Assembly: GCF_009914755.1 (NCBI RefSeq)
Contig: NC_060933.1
Origin: the human T2T-CHM13v2.0 reference genome, Homo sapiens
Reading direction: 5' to 3' (one strand)
DNA length: 64,000 bases
The position numbers were made by a program, and so were the translations under genes. Each line of letters opens with the position of its first letter. The stretch's first letter is position 1. The notes under the pieces are model-generated. The model ran no database searches and was not told the DNA's origin. It was given only the letters and a program-made list of their open reading frames with translations. Below are positions 13,801-27,200 of this stretch, piece after piece.

Positions 13801-16800
13801 ATTCCATTACGGATGATTCCATTCCATTGCATTCCATTCCATTCCATTCCCCTGTACTCGGGTTGATTCCATTCCATTCCATTCCAATCCATGCCATTCC
13901 ACTCGTGTTGATTCCATTCTTTCCATTCCATTCAAGTTGAATCCATTCCATTGCATTCCCTTCCATTCCATTCCCCTGCAGTCGGGTTGATTCCATTCCA
14001 TTCCATTCCATTCCATTCCATTCCATTCCAGAAGATTCCATTCCATTGCATTCCATTCCATTCCATTCCCCTGCACTCGCGTTGATTCCATTCCATTCCA
14101 TTCTATTCCATTCCATTCCCTTCCTTTCCGTTCCATTCCATTCCATTCCATTCCATTCCATTCCGTTCCGTTCCATTACATTCCATTCCATTCTATTCGG
14201 TTTAATTCCATTCCATTCCATTCGATTGCAATCGAGTTGATTCCATTCCATTCCATTCCATTCCATTCCATTCTATTCCTTTCCAGTCCATTACGGATGA
14301 TTCCATTCCATTGCATTCCATTCCATTCCATTCCCCTGCACTGGCGTTGATTCCATTCCATTCCATTCATTCCATTCCATTCCTTTCCGTTCCATTCCAT
14401 TCCATTCCATTCCATTCCAATCCATTCCATTCCGTTCCGTTCCGTTCCATTCCATTCCATTCCATTCTATTCGGGTTAATTCCATTCCATTCCGTTCGAT
14501 TGCAATCGAGTTGATTCCATTCCATTCAATTCCATTCCATTCCATTCCTTTCCATTCCATTACGGATGATTCCATTCCATTGCATTCCATTCCATTCCAT
14601 TCCCCTGTACTCGGGTTGATTCCATTCCATTCCATTCCAATCCATGCCATTCCACTCGTGTTGATTCCATTCTTTCCATTCCATTCAAGATGAATCCATT
14701 CCATTGCATTCCATTCCATTAAATTCCCCTGCAGTCGGGTTGTTTCCATTGCATTCCATTCCATTCCATTCCATTCCATTCCATTCCGTTCCGTTCCATT
14801 CCATTCCATTCCATTCTATTAGGTTTAATTCCATTCCATTCCATTACTTTCCATTCCATTCCATTCCATTCCAATCGAGTTGATTCCATTCCATTCCATT
14901 CCATTCCATTCCATTCCATTCCACCCCATTCCAGTCCTTTCCATTCCATTCCACTCCGGTTGATTCCAATGTATTCCTTTCCATTCCATTCCATTCGATT
15001 GCAATCGAGTTGATTCCATTCCATTCCATTCCATTCCATTCCATTCCATTCCATTCCATTCCATTCCCCTGTACTCGGGTTGATTCCATTCCATTCCATT
15101 CCAATCCATGCCATTCCACTCGTGTTGATTCCATTCTTTCCATTCCATTCAAGTTGAATCCATTCCATTGCATTCCATTCCATTCGATTCCATTCGATTG
15201 CACTCGGGTTGATTCCATTCCATTGCATTCCATTCCATTCCATTCCATTCCATTCCATTCCATTCCGTTCCATTCCATTCCATTACATTCGGATTGATTC
15301 TATTCAATTCCCTTACACTCCATTCCATTCCATTCCATTCGGGTAGTTTCCATTCCATTCCATTCCATTCCTCTCCTTTCCATTGCACTCGGGTTGATTC
15401 CATTCCATTGCATTCCATTCCATTCCATTCAATTCCATTCCGTTCTATTCTATTCCATTACATTCGGATTGATTCTATTCAACTCCCTTACTCTCCATTA
15501 CATTCCATTCCATTCGGGTTGTTCCATTCCATTCCATTCCATTCCACTCCATTCCATTGCACTCGGGTTGATTCCATTCCATTCCATTCCATTCCATTGC
15601 ATTCCATTTCATTCCATTCCGGAAGATTCCATTCCATTGCATTCCATTCCATTCCATTCCCCTGCACTCGTGTTTATTCCATTCCATTCCATTCTATTCC
15701 ATTCCATTCCCTTCCTTTCCATTCCATTCCATGCCATTCCATTCCATTCTATTCCGTTCCGTTCCACTCCATTCCATTCCATTCTATTTGGTTAATTCCA
15801 TTCCATTCCATTCGATTGCAATCGAGTTGATTCCATTCCATTCCATTCCATTCCATTCCATTCCACTCCTTTCCATTCCATTACGGATGATTCCATTCCA
15901 TTGCATTCCATTCCATTCCTTTCCCCTGTACTCGGGTTGATTCCATTCCATTCCATTCCAATCCATGCCATTCCACTCGTGTTGATTCCATTCTTTCCAT
16001 TCCATTCAAGTTGAATCCATTCCATTGCATTCCATTCCATTCGATTCCATTCGATTGCACTCAGGTTGATTCCATTCCTTTGCATTCCATTCCATTCCAT
16101 TCCATTCCATTCCATTCCGTTCCATTCCATTTCATTACATTCAGATTTATTCTATTCAATTCCCTTACACTCCATTATATTCCAATCCATTCTGGTTGTT
16201 TCCATTCCATTCCATTCCATTTCACTCCTTTCCATTGCACTCGGGTTGATTCCATTCCATTCCATTCCATTGCATTCCATTCCATTCCATTCCGGATGAT
16301 TCCATTCCATTGCATTCCATTCCATTCCATTCCCCTGCACTCGGGTTGATTCCATTCCATTCCATTCCATTACATTCCGTTCCATTCCATTCCATTCCAT
16401 TCGGATTGATTCTATTCAATTCCCTTACACTCCATTACATTCCATTCCATTCGGGTAGTTTCTATTCCATTCCATTCCATTCCTCTCCATTCCATTGCAC
16501 TCGGGTTGATTCCATTCCATTGCATTCCATTCCATTCCATTCAATTCCATTCCGTTCCATTCCATTCCATTACATTTGGATTGATTCTATTCAACTCCCT
16601 TACTCTCCATTACATTCCATTCCATTCGGGTTGTTTCATTCCATTCCATTCCATTCCACTCCATTCCATTGCACTCGGGATGATTCCATTCCATTCCATT
16701 CCATTCCATTCCGGAAGATTCCATTCCATTGCATTCCATTCCATTCCATTCCCCTGCACTCGCGTTGATTCCATTCCATTCCATTCTATTCCATTCCATT

Positions 16801-19800
16801 TCCTTCCTTTCCGTTCCATTCCATTCCATTCCATTCCATTCCATTCCGTTCCGTTCCATTACATTCCATTCCATTCTATTCGGGTTAATTCCATTCCATT
16901 CCATTCGATTGCAATCGAGTTGATTCCATTCCATTCCATTCCATTCCATTCCATTCTATTCCTTTCCATTCCATTACGAATGATTCCATTCCATTGCATT
17001 CCATTCCATTCCATTCCCCTGCACTGGCGTTGATTCCATTCCATTCCATTCCATTCCATTCCATTCCTTTCCGTTCCATTCCATTCCATTCCATTCCATT
17101 CCAATCCATTCCATTCCGTTCCGTTCCGTTCCATTCCATTCCATTCCATTCTATTCGGGTTAATTCCATTCCATTCCGTTCGATTGCAATCGAGTTGATT
17201 CCATTCCATTCCATTCCATTCCATTCCATTCCATTCCTTTCCATTCCATTACGGATGATTCCATTCCATTGCATTCCATTCCATTCCATTCCCCTGTACT
17301 CGGGTTGATTCCATTCCATTCCATTCCATTCCATTCCATTCCTTTCCGTTCCATTCCATTCCATTCCATTCCATTCCATTCCAATGCATTCCATTCCGTT
17401 CCGTTCCGTTCCATTCCATTCCATTCTATTCGGGTTAATTCCATTCCATTCCATTCCATTCCATTCCATTCCATTCCATTCCATTCCATTCCAATCGGGT
17501 TGATTCCATTCCATTCCATTCCATTCCATTCCATTCCTTTCCGTTCCATTCCATTCCATTCCATTCCTTTCCATTCCATTACGGATGATTCCATTCCATT
17601 GCATTCCATTCCATTCCATTCCCCTGTACTCGGGTTGATTCCATTCCATTCCATTCCAATCCATGCCATTCCACTCGTGTTGATTCCATTCTTTCCATTC
17701 CATTCAAGTTGAATCCATTCCATTGCATTCCATTCCATTAAATTCCCCTGCAGTCGGGTTGTTTCCATTCCATTCCATTCCATTCCATTCCATTCCATTC
17801 CATTCCGTTTCGTTCCATTCCATTCCATTCCATTCTATTCGGTTTAATTCCATTCCATTCCATTCCATTCCATTCCATTCCATTCCATTCCAATCGAGTT
17901 GATTCCATTCCATTCCATTCCATTCCATTCCATTCCACTCCATTCCAGTCCTTTCCATTCCATTCCACTCGGGTGGATTCCAATGTATTCCTTTCCATTC
18001 CATTCCATTCCATTGCAATCATGTTGATTCCATTGCTTTGCATTCCATTCCATTCCATTCCATTCCGGATGATTCCATTCCATTGCATTCCATTCCATTC
18101 CATTCCCTTGCACTCGGGTTGATTCCATTCCATTCCACTCCATTCCGTTCCATTCCATTCCATTGCATTGTATTCGGGTTAATTCCATTCCATTCCATTC
18201 CATTCCATTCCATTCCATTCCATTCCATTCCATTCCATTACAATCGAGTTGATTCCATTCCATTCCATTCCATTCCAGTCCTTTCCATTCCATTCCACTC
18301 GGGTTGATTCCATTCTATTAGTTTCCATTCCATTCCATTCCCTTCCATTCCACTCTGGTTGATTCCATTCCTTTCCATTCCACTCGAATACATTCCCTCC
18401 TATTCCACTCGGAACGATTCCATTCCATTCCATTCCATTCCATTCCATTCCATTCCATTCCATTCCATTCCATTCCATTTCGTTCCATTCCATTCTATTC
18501 CGTATCATTCCATTCCATTCCATTCCATTCCATTCCATTCCATTCCATTCCATTCCATTCCATTGTACTCGGGTTGATTCAATTCCATTGCATTCCATTC
18601 CATTCCATTCCGTTGCATTCCATTCCATTACATTCGGATTGATTCTATTAAACTCCCTTACTCTCCATTACATTCCATTCCATTCGGGTTGTTCCATTCC
18701 ATTCCATTCCATTCCACTCCATTCCATTGCACTCGGGTTGATTCCATTCCATTCCATTCCTTTCCGGATGATTCCGTTCCATTGTATTCCGTTCCATTAC
18801 ATTCCCCTGCACTCGCGTTGATTCCATTCCATTCCATTCCATTCCATTGAATTCCATTCCATTACTATTCGTTCCATTCCATTCTATTCCGAACCATTCC
18901 ATTCCATTCCATACCATACCATTCCATTCCATTCCATTCCATTCCATTCCATTCCATTCCATTGTATTCGGATTAATTCCATTCCATTCCATTCCATTCC
19001 ATTCTATTCCATTCCATTGCAATCGAGTTGAATCCATTGCATTTCATTCCATTCCATTGCATTCCATTCCATTGCGGAAGATTCCATTCCATTGCATTCC
19101 ATTCCATTCCATTCCTCTGCACTCGCGTTGATTCCATTCCATTCCATTCCATTCCATTCCATTCCATTCCGTTCCGTTCCATTCCATTCCATTCCATTCC
19201 GTTCCGTTCCATTCCATTCCATTCCATTCTATTCGGGTTAATTCCATTCCATTCCATTCGATTGCAATCGAGTTGATTCCATTCCATTCCATTCCATTCC
19301 ATTCCATTCCATTCCATTCCTTTCCATTCCATTACGGATGATTCCATTCCATTGCATTCCATTCCATTCCATTCCCCTGTACTCGGGTTGATTCCATTCC
19401 ATTCCATTCCAATCCATGCCATTCCACTCGTGTTGATACCATTCTTTCCATTCCATTCAAGTTGAATCCATTCCATTGCATTCCATTCCATTCGATTCCA
19501 TTCGATTGTACTCGGGTTGATTCCATTCCATTGCATTCCATTCCATTCCATTCCATTCCATTCCATTCCATTCCATTCCGTTCAATTCCATTCCATTACA
19601 TTCGGATTGATTCTATTCAATTCCCTTACACTCCATTACATTCCATTCCATTCGGGTAGTTTCCATTCCATTCCATTCCATTCCTCTCCATTCCATTGCA
19701 CTCTGGTTGATTCCATTCCATTGCATTCCATTCCATTCCATTCAATTCCATTCCGTTCCATTCCATTCCATTACATTCGGATTGATTCTATTCAACTCCC

Positions 19801-20400
19801 TTACTCTCCATTACATTCCATTCCATTCGGGTTGTTCCATTCCATTCCATTCCATTCCACTCCATTCCATTGCACTCGGGTTGATTCCATTCCATTCCAT
19901 TCCATTCCATTCCATTCCGGAAGATTCCATTCCATTGCATTCCATTCCATTCCATTCCCCTGCACTCGCGTTGATTCCATTCCATTCCATTCCACTCCAT
20001 TGCATTCCATTCCATTCCTTTCCGTTCCATTCCATTCCATTCCATTCCATTCCAATCCATTCCATTCCGTTCCGTTCCGTTCCATTCCATTCCATTCTAT
20101 TCGGGTTAATTCCATTCCATTCCATTCGATTGCAATCGAGTTGATTCCATTCCATTCCATTCCATTCCATTCCATTCCATTCCTTTCCATTCCATTACGG
20201 ATGATTCCATTCCATTGCATTCCATTCCATTCCATTCCCCTGTACTCGGGTTGATTCCATTCCATTCCATTCCAATCCATGCCATTCCACTCGTGTTGAT
20301 TCCATTCTTTCCATTCCATTCAAGTTGAATCCATTCCATTGCATTCCCTTCCATTCCATTCCCCTGCAGTCGGGTTGATTCCATTCCATTCCATTCCATT
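7890..20400 (+). repeat. Tandem duplication with 6.1-6.4 kb offset (~7890-13995 vs ~14000-20400)
   Basis: ORF pairs 7937/14046 (6109), 9671/15784 (6113), 10393/16506 (6113), 12195/18588 (6393), 12575/18973 (6398), 13064/19462 (6398). The offset jump is explained by ~280 bp of extra sequence at ~17790-18060. Confidence 0.9.
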
Positions 20401-21299
20401 CCGTTCCATTCCATTCCATTCCGTTCTGTTCCACTCCATTGCATTCCATTCTATTCGGGTTAATTCCATTCCAATCCATTCCATTCCATTCCATTCCAAT
20501 CGAGTTGATTCCATTCGATTGCATTCCATTCCATTCCACTCCATTCCAGTCCTTTCCATTCCATTCCACTCGGGTTGATTCCAATGTATTCCTTTCCATT
20601 CCATTCCATTCCACTGCAATCGAGTTGATTCCATTGCTTTGAATTCCATTCCATTCCATTCCATTCCGGGTGATTCCATGCCATTGCATTCCATTCCATT
20701 CCATTCCCCTGCACTCGGGTTGATTCCATTCCATTCCACTGCATTCCATTCCATTCCATTCCATTCCATTACAATCGAGTTGATTCCATTCCATTCCATT
20801 CCATTCCAGTCCTTTCCATTCCATTCCACTCGGTTTGATTCCATTCCATTAGTTTCCATTCCATTTCATTTCCTTCCATTCCACTCTGGTTGATTCCATT
20901 CCTTTCCATTCCACTCGAATACATTCCCTCCTATTCCACTCGGAACTATTCCATTCCATTCCATTCCATTCCATTCCATTCCATTCCATTTCGTTCCATT
21001 CCATTCTATTCCGTATCATTCCATTTCATTCCATTCCATTCCATTCCATTCCATTCCATTCCATTCCATTGTACTCGGGTTGATTCCATTCCATTGCATT
21101 CCATTCTATTCCATTCCATTCCATTCCGTTGCATTCCATTCCATTACATTCGGATTCATTCTATTCAACTCCCTTACTCTCCATTACATTCCATTCCATT
21201 CGGGTTGTTCCATTCCATTCCATTCCATTCCACCCCATTCCATTGCACTCGGGTTGATTCCATTCCATTCCATTCCATTCCATTCCATTCCATTCCGGA

Positions 21300-24200
21300 T
21301 GATTCCATTCCATTGCATTCCGTTCCATTACATTCCCCTGCACTGGCGTTGATTCCATTCCATTCCATTCCATTCCATTCAATTCCATTCCATTACAATT
21401 CGTTCCATTCCATTCTATTCCGTACCTTTCCATTCCATTCCATACCATTCCATTCCATTCCATTCCATTCCATTCCGTTCCATTCCGTTCCATTCCATTC
21501 CATTCCATTCTATTTGGGTTAATTCCATTCCATTCCATTCCACTCCATTCCATTCTATTCCATTCCATTGCAATCGAGTTGAATCCATTGCATTTCATTC
21601 CATTCCATTCCATTCCATTCCCTTCCATTCCGGAAGATTCCATTCCATTGCATTCCATTCCATTCCATTCCCCTGCACTCGCGTTGATTCCATTCCATTC
21701 CATTCCATTGCATTCCATTCCATTCCGTTCCGTTCCGTTCCGTTCCGTTCCATTCCATTCCATTCCGTTCCGTTAAGTTCCATTCCATTCCATTCCATTC
21801 TATGCGGGTTAATTCCATTCAATTCCATTCGATTGCAATCGAGTTGATTCCATTCCATTCCATTCCATTCTATTCCATTCCTTTCCATTCCATTACGGAT
21901 GATTCCATTCCATTGCATTCCATTCCATTCCATTCCCGTGTACTCGGGTTCATTCCATTCCATTCCATTCCAATCCATGCCATTCCACTCGTGTTGATTC
22001 CATTCTTTCCATTCCATTCAAGTTGAATCCATTCCATTGCATTCCATTCCATTCCATTCCCCTGCAGTCGGGTTGATTCCATTCCATTCCATTCCATTCC
22101 ATTCCATTCCATTCCATTCCAATCAAGTTGATTCCATTCCATTCCATTCCATTCCATTCCATTCCATTCCATTCCACTCCATTCCAGTCCTTTCCATTCC
22201 ATTCCACTCGGGTTGATTCCAATGTATTCCTTTCCATTCCATTCCATTCCATTGCAATCGAGTTGATTCCATTGCTTTGTATTCCATTCCATTCCATTCC
22301 ATTCCGGATGATTCCATTCCATTGCATTCCATTCCATTCCATTCCCCTGCACTCGGGTTGATTCCATTCCTTTCCACTCCATTCCATTCCATTCCATTCC
22401 ATTCCATTGTATTCGGGTTAATTCAATTCCATTCCATTCCATTCCATTCCATTCCATTCCATTACAATCGAGTTGATTCTATTCCATTCCATTCCATTCC
22501 AGTCCGTTCCATTCCATTCCAGTCGGGTTGATTCCATTCTATTAGTTTCCATTCCATTCCATTCCCTTCCATTCCACTCTGGTTGATTCCATTCCTTTCC
22601 ATTCCACTCGAATACATTCCCTCCTATTCCACTCGGAACGATTCCATTCCATTCCATTCCATTCCATTCCATTCCATTCCATTCCATTTCGTTCCATTCC
22701 ATTCTATTCCGTATCATTCCATTCCATTCCATTCCATTCCATTCCATTCCATTCCATTCCATTCCATTGTAGTCGGGTTGATTCCCTTCCATTGCATTCT
22801 ATTCCATTCCATTCCATTCCATTCCGTTGCATTCCATTCCATTACATTCGGATTGATTCTATTCAACTCCCTTACTCTCCATTACATTCCATTCCATTCG
22901 GGTTGTTCCATTCCATTCCATTCCATTCCACTCCATTCCATTGCACTCGGGTTGATTCCATTCCATTCCATTACATTCCGTTCCATTCCGGATGATTCCA
23001 TTCCATTGCATTCCGTTCCATTACATTCCCCTGCACTCGCGTTGATTCCATTCCATTCCATTCCATTGCATTCCATTCAATTCCATTCCATTACAATTCG
23101 TTCCATTCCATTCTATTCCGTACCATTCAATTCCATTCCATACCATTCCATTCCATTCCATTCCATTCCGTTCCATTCCGTTCCATTCCATTCCATTCAA
23201 TTCTATTCGGATTAATTCCATTCCATTCCATTCCATTCCATTCCATTCCATTCTATTCCATTCCATTGCAATCGAGTTGAATCCATTGCATTTCATTCCA
23301 TTCCATTCCATTCCATTCCATTCCATTCCATTCCGGAAGTTTCCATTCCATTGCATTCCATTCCATTCCATTCCCCTGCACTCGCGTTGTTTCCCTTCCA
23401 TTCCATTCCATTCCATTCCATTCCGTTCCGTTCCATTCCATTCCATTCCATTCCGTTCCGTTCCATTCCATTCAATTCCATTCAATTCGGGTTAAGTCCA
23501 TTCCATTCCATTCGATTCCGTTCCATTCCGTTCCATTCCGTTCCATTCCATTCCATTCCATTCCATTCCATTCTATTCGGGTTAATTCCATTGCATTCCA
23601 TTCCATCCCATTCTATTACATTCCATTGCAATCGAGTTGAATCCATTGCATTTCATTCCATTCCATTCCATTCCATTCCATTCCGGAAGATTCCATTCCA
23701 TTGCATTCCATTCAATTCCATTCCCCTGCACTCGCGTTGATTCCATTCCATTCCATTCCATTCCATTCCGTTCCGTTCCATTCCATTCCATTCCATTCCG
23801 TTCCGTTCCGTTCCATTCTATTCCATTCTATTCGGGTTAATTCCATTCCATTCCATTCCATTGCAATCGTGTTGATTCCATTCCATTCCATACCATTCCA
23901 TTCCATTCCATTCCTTTCCATTCCATTACGGATGATTCCATTCCATTGCATTCCATTCCATTCCATTCCCCTGTACTCGGGTTGATTCCATTCCATTGCA
24001 TTCCAATCCATGCCCTTCCACTCGTGTTGATTCCATTCTTTCCATTCCATTCAAGTTGAATCCATTCCATTGCATTCCATTCCATTCGATTCCATTCGAT
24101 TGCACTCGGGTTGATTCCATTCCATTGCATTCCATTCCATTCCATTCCATTCCATTCCATTCCATTCCATTCCGTTCCATTCCATTTCATTACATTCAGA

Positions 24201-27200
24201 TTGATTCTAATCAATTCCCTTACACTCCATTATATTCCAATCCATTCTGGTTGTCTCCATTCCATTCCATTCCATTTCACTCCATTCCATTGCACTCGGG
24301 TTGATTCCATTCCATTCCATTCCATTCCATTCCATTCCATTCCATTCCGGATGATTCCATTCCATTGCATTCCGTTCCATTACATTCCCCTGCACTCGCA
24401 TTGATTCCATTCCATTCCATTCAATTCCATTCCATTACAATTCGTTACATTCCATTCTATTCCGTACCATTCCATTCCATTCTATACCATTCCATTTCAT
24501 TCCATTCCATTCCATTCCATTCCATTCCGTTCCATTCCCTTCCATTGCATTCCATTCCATTCTATTCGGGTTAATTCCATTCCATTCCATTCCATTCCAT
24601 TCTATTCCATTCCATTGCATTCGAGTTGAATCCATTGCATTTCATTCCATTCCATTCCATTCCATTCCGGAAGATTCCATTCAATAGCATTCCATTCCAT
24701 TCCATTCCCCTTCACTCGCGTTGATTCCATTCCATTCCATTCCATTCCATTCTGTTCCGTTCCATTCCATTCCATTCCATTCCATTCCGTTCCGTTCCTT
24801 TCCATTCCATTCCATTCCTTTCTATTCGGGTTAATTCCATTCCATTCCATTCGATTGCAATCGAGTTGATTCCATTCCATTGCATTTCATTCCATTCGAT
24901 TCCATTCGATTGCACTCGGGTTGATTCCATTCCATTGCATTCCATTCCATTCCATTCCATTCCATTCCATTCCGTTCCAATCCTTTCCATTACATTCGGA
25001 TTGATTCTATTCAATTCCCTTACACTCCATTACATTCCATTCCATTCGGGTAGTTTCCACTCCATTCCATTCCATTCCTCTCCATTCCATTGCACTCGGG
25101 TTGATTCCATTCCATTGCATTCCATTCCATTCCATTCAATTCCATTCCGTTCCATTCCATTCCATTACGTTCGGATTGATTCTATTCAACTCCCTTACTC
25201 TCCATTCCATTCGGGTTGTTCCATTCCATTCCATTCCATTCCACTCCATTCCATTGCACTCGGGTTTATTCCATTCCATTCCATTCCATTCCATTCCATT
25301 CCATTCCATTCCGGAAGATTCCATTCCATTGCATTCCATTCCATTCCATTCCCCTGCACTCGCGTTGATTCCATTCCATTCCATTCCATTCCATTCCATT
25401 CCTTTCCGTTCCATTCCATTCCATTCCATTCCATTCCATTCCATTCCGTTCCGTTCCGTTCCATTACATTGCATTCCATTCTATTCGGGTTAATTCCATT
25501 CCATTCCATTCGACTGCAATCGAGTTGATTCCATTCCATTCCATTCCATTCCATTCCATTCCATTCCTTTCCATTCCATTACGGATGATTGCATTCCATT
25601 GCATTCCATTCCATTCCATTCCCCTGTACTCGGGTTGATTCCATTCCATTCCATTCCAATCCATGCCATTCCACTCGTGTTGATTCCATTCTTTCCATTC
25701 CATTCAAGTTGTATCCATTCCATTGCATTCCATTCCATTCCATTCCCCTGCAGTCGGGTTGATTCCATTCCATTCCATTCCATTCCATTCCATTCCGTTC
25801 CATTCCGTTCCATTCCATTCCATTCCATTCTATTCGGGTTAATTCCATTCCATTCCATTCAATTCCATTCCATTCCATTCCAATCGAGTTGATTCCATTC
25901 CATTCCATTCCATTCCATTCCACTCCATTCCAGTCCTTTCCATTCCATTCCACTCGGGTTGATTCCAATGTATTCCTTTCCATTCCATTCCATTCCATTG
26001 CAATCGAGTTGATTCCATTGCTTTGCATTCCATTCCATTCCATTCCATTCCGGATAATTCCATTCCATTGCATTCCATTCCATTCCATTCCCCTGCACTG
26101 GGGTTGATTCCATTCCATTCCACTCCATTCCGTTTCATTCCATTCCATTCCATTTTATTCGGGTTAATTCCATTCCATTGCATTCCATTCCATTCCATTC
26201 CCCTGCACTCGGGTTGATTCCATTCCATTCCACTCCATTCCGTTCCATTCCATTCCATTCCATTCCATTCCATTCCATTCCACTCGTGTTGATTCCATTC
26301 CTTTCCATTCCATTCGGTTTGAAGGCATTCCATTCCATTCCATTCCATTCCATTCCATTCCATTCCATTCCATTCCATTGTACTCGGGTTGATTCCATTC
26401 CATTGCATTCCATTCCATTCCATTCCATTCCATTCCGTTGCATTCCATTACATTCAGATTGATTCTATTCAACTCCATTACTCTCCATTACATTCCATTC
26501 CATTCGTGTTGTTCCATTCAATTCCATTCAATTCCACTCCATTCCATTCCATTGCACTCCATTCCATTGCACTCGGGTTGATTCCATTCCATTCCATTCC
26601 ATTCCATTCCATTCCGGATGATTCCATTCTGTTGCATTCCGTTCCATTACATTTCCCTGCACTTGCTTTGATTCCATTCCATTCCATTCAATTCCATTCC
26701 ATTACAATTCGTTCCATTCCATTCTATTCCGTACCATTCCATTCCATTCCATACCATTCCATTCCATTCCATTCCATTCCATTCCGTTCCATTCCGTTCC
26801 ATTGCATTCCATTCCATTCTATTCAGGTTAATTCCATTCCATTCCATTCCATTCCATTCTATTCCATTCCATTGCAATCGAGTTGAATCCATTGCATTTC
26901 ATTCCATTCCATTCCATTCCATTCCATTCCGGAAGATTCCATTCCATTGCATTCCATTCCATTCCATTCCCCTGCACTCGCGTTGATTCCATTCCATTCC
27001 ATTCCATTCCATTCCGTTCCGTTCCGTTCCCTTCCATTCCATTCCATTCCACTCCGATCCGTTCCGTTGCATTCCATTCCATTCCATTCCATTCTATTTG
27101 GGTTAATTCCATTCCATTCCATTCGATTGCAATCGAGTTGATTCCATTCCATTCCATTCCATTCCATTCCATTCCATTCCATTACGGATGATTCCATTCC

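Noticed and set aside
24200-24215. Inverted repeat ATTGATT-CT-AATCAAT resembling a DUX4/homeodomain site (also ~35402)
   Set aside because: It arises from one substitution in a common module, differs from TAATCTAATCA at two positions, and has only two copies from one duplication.
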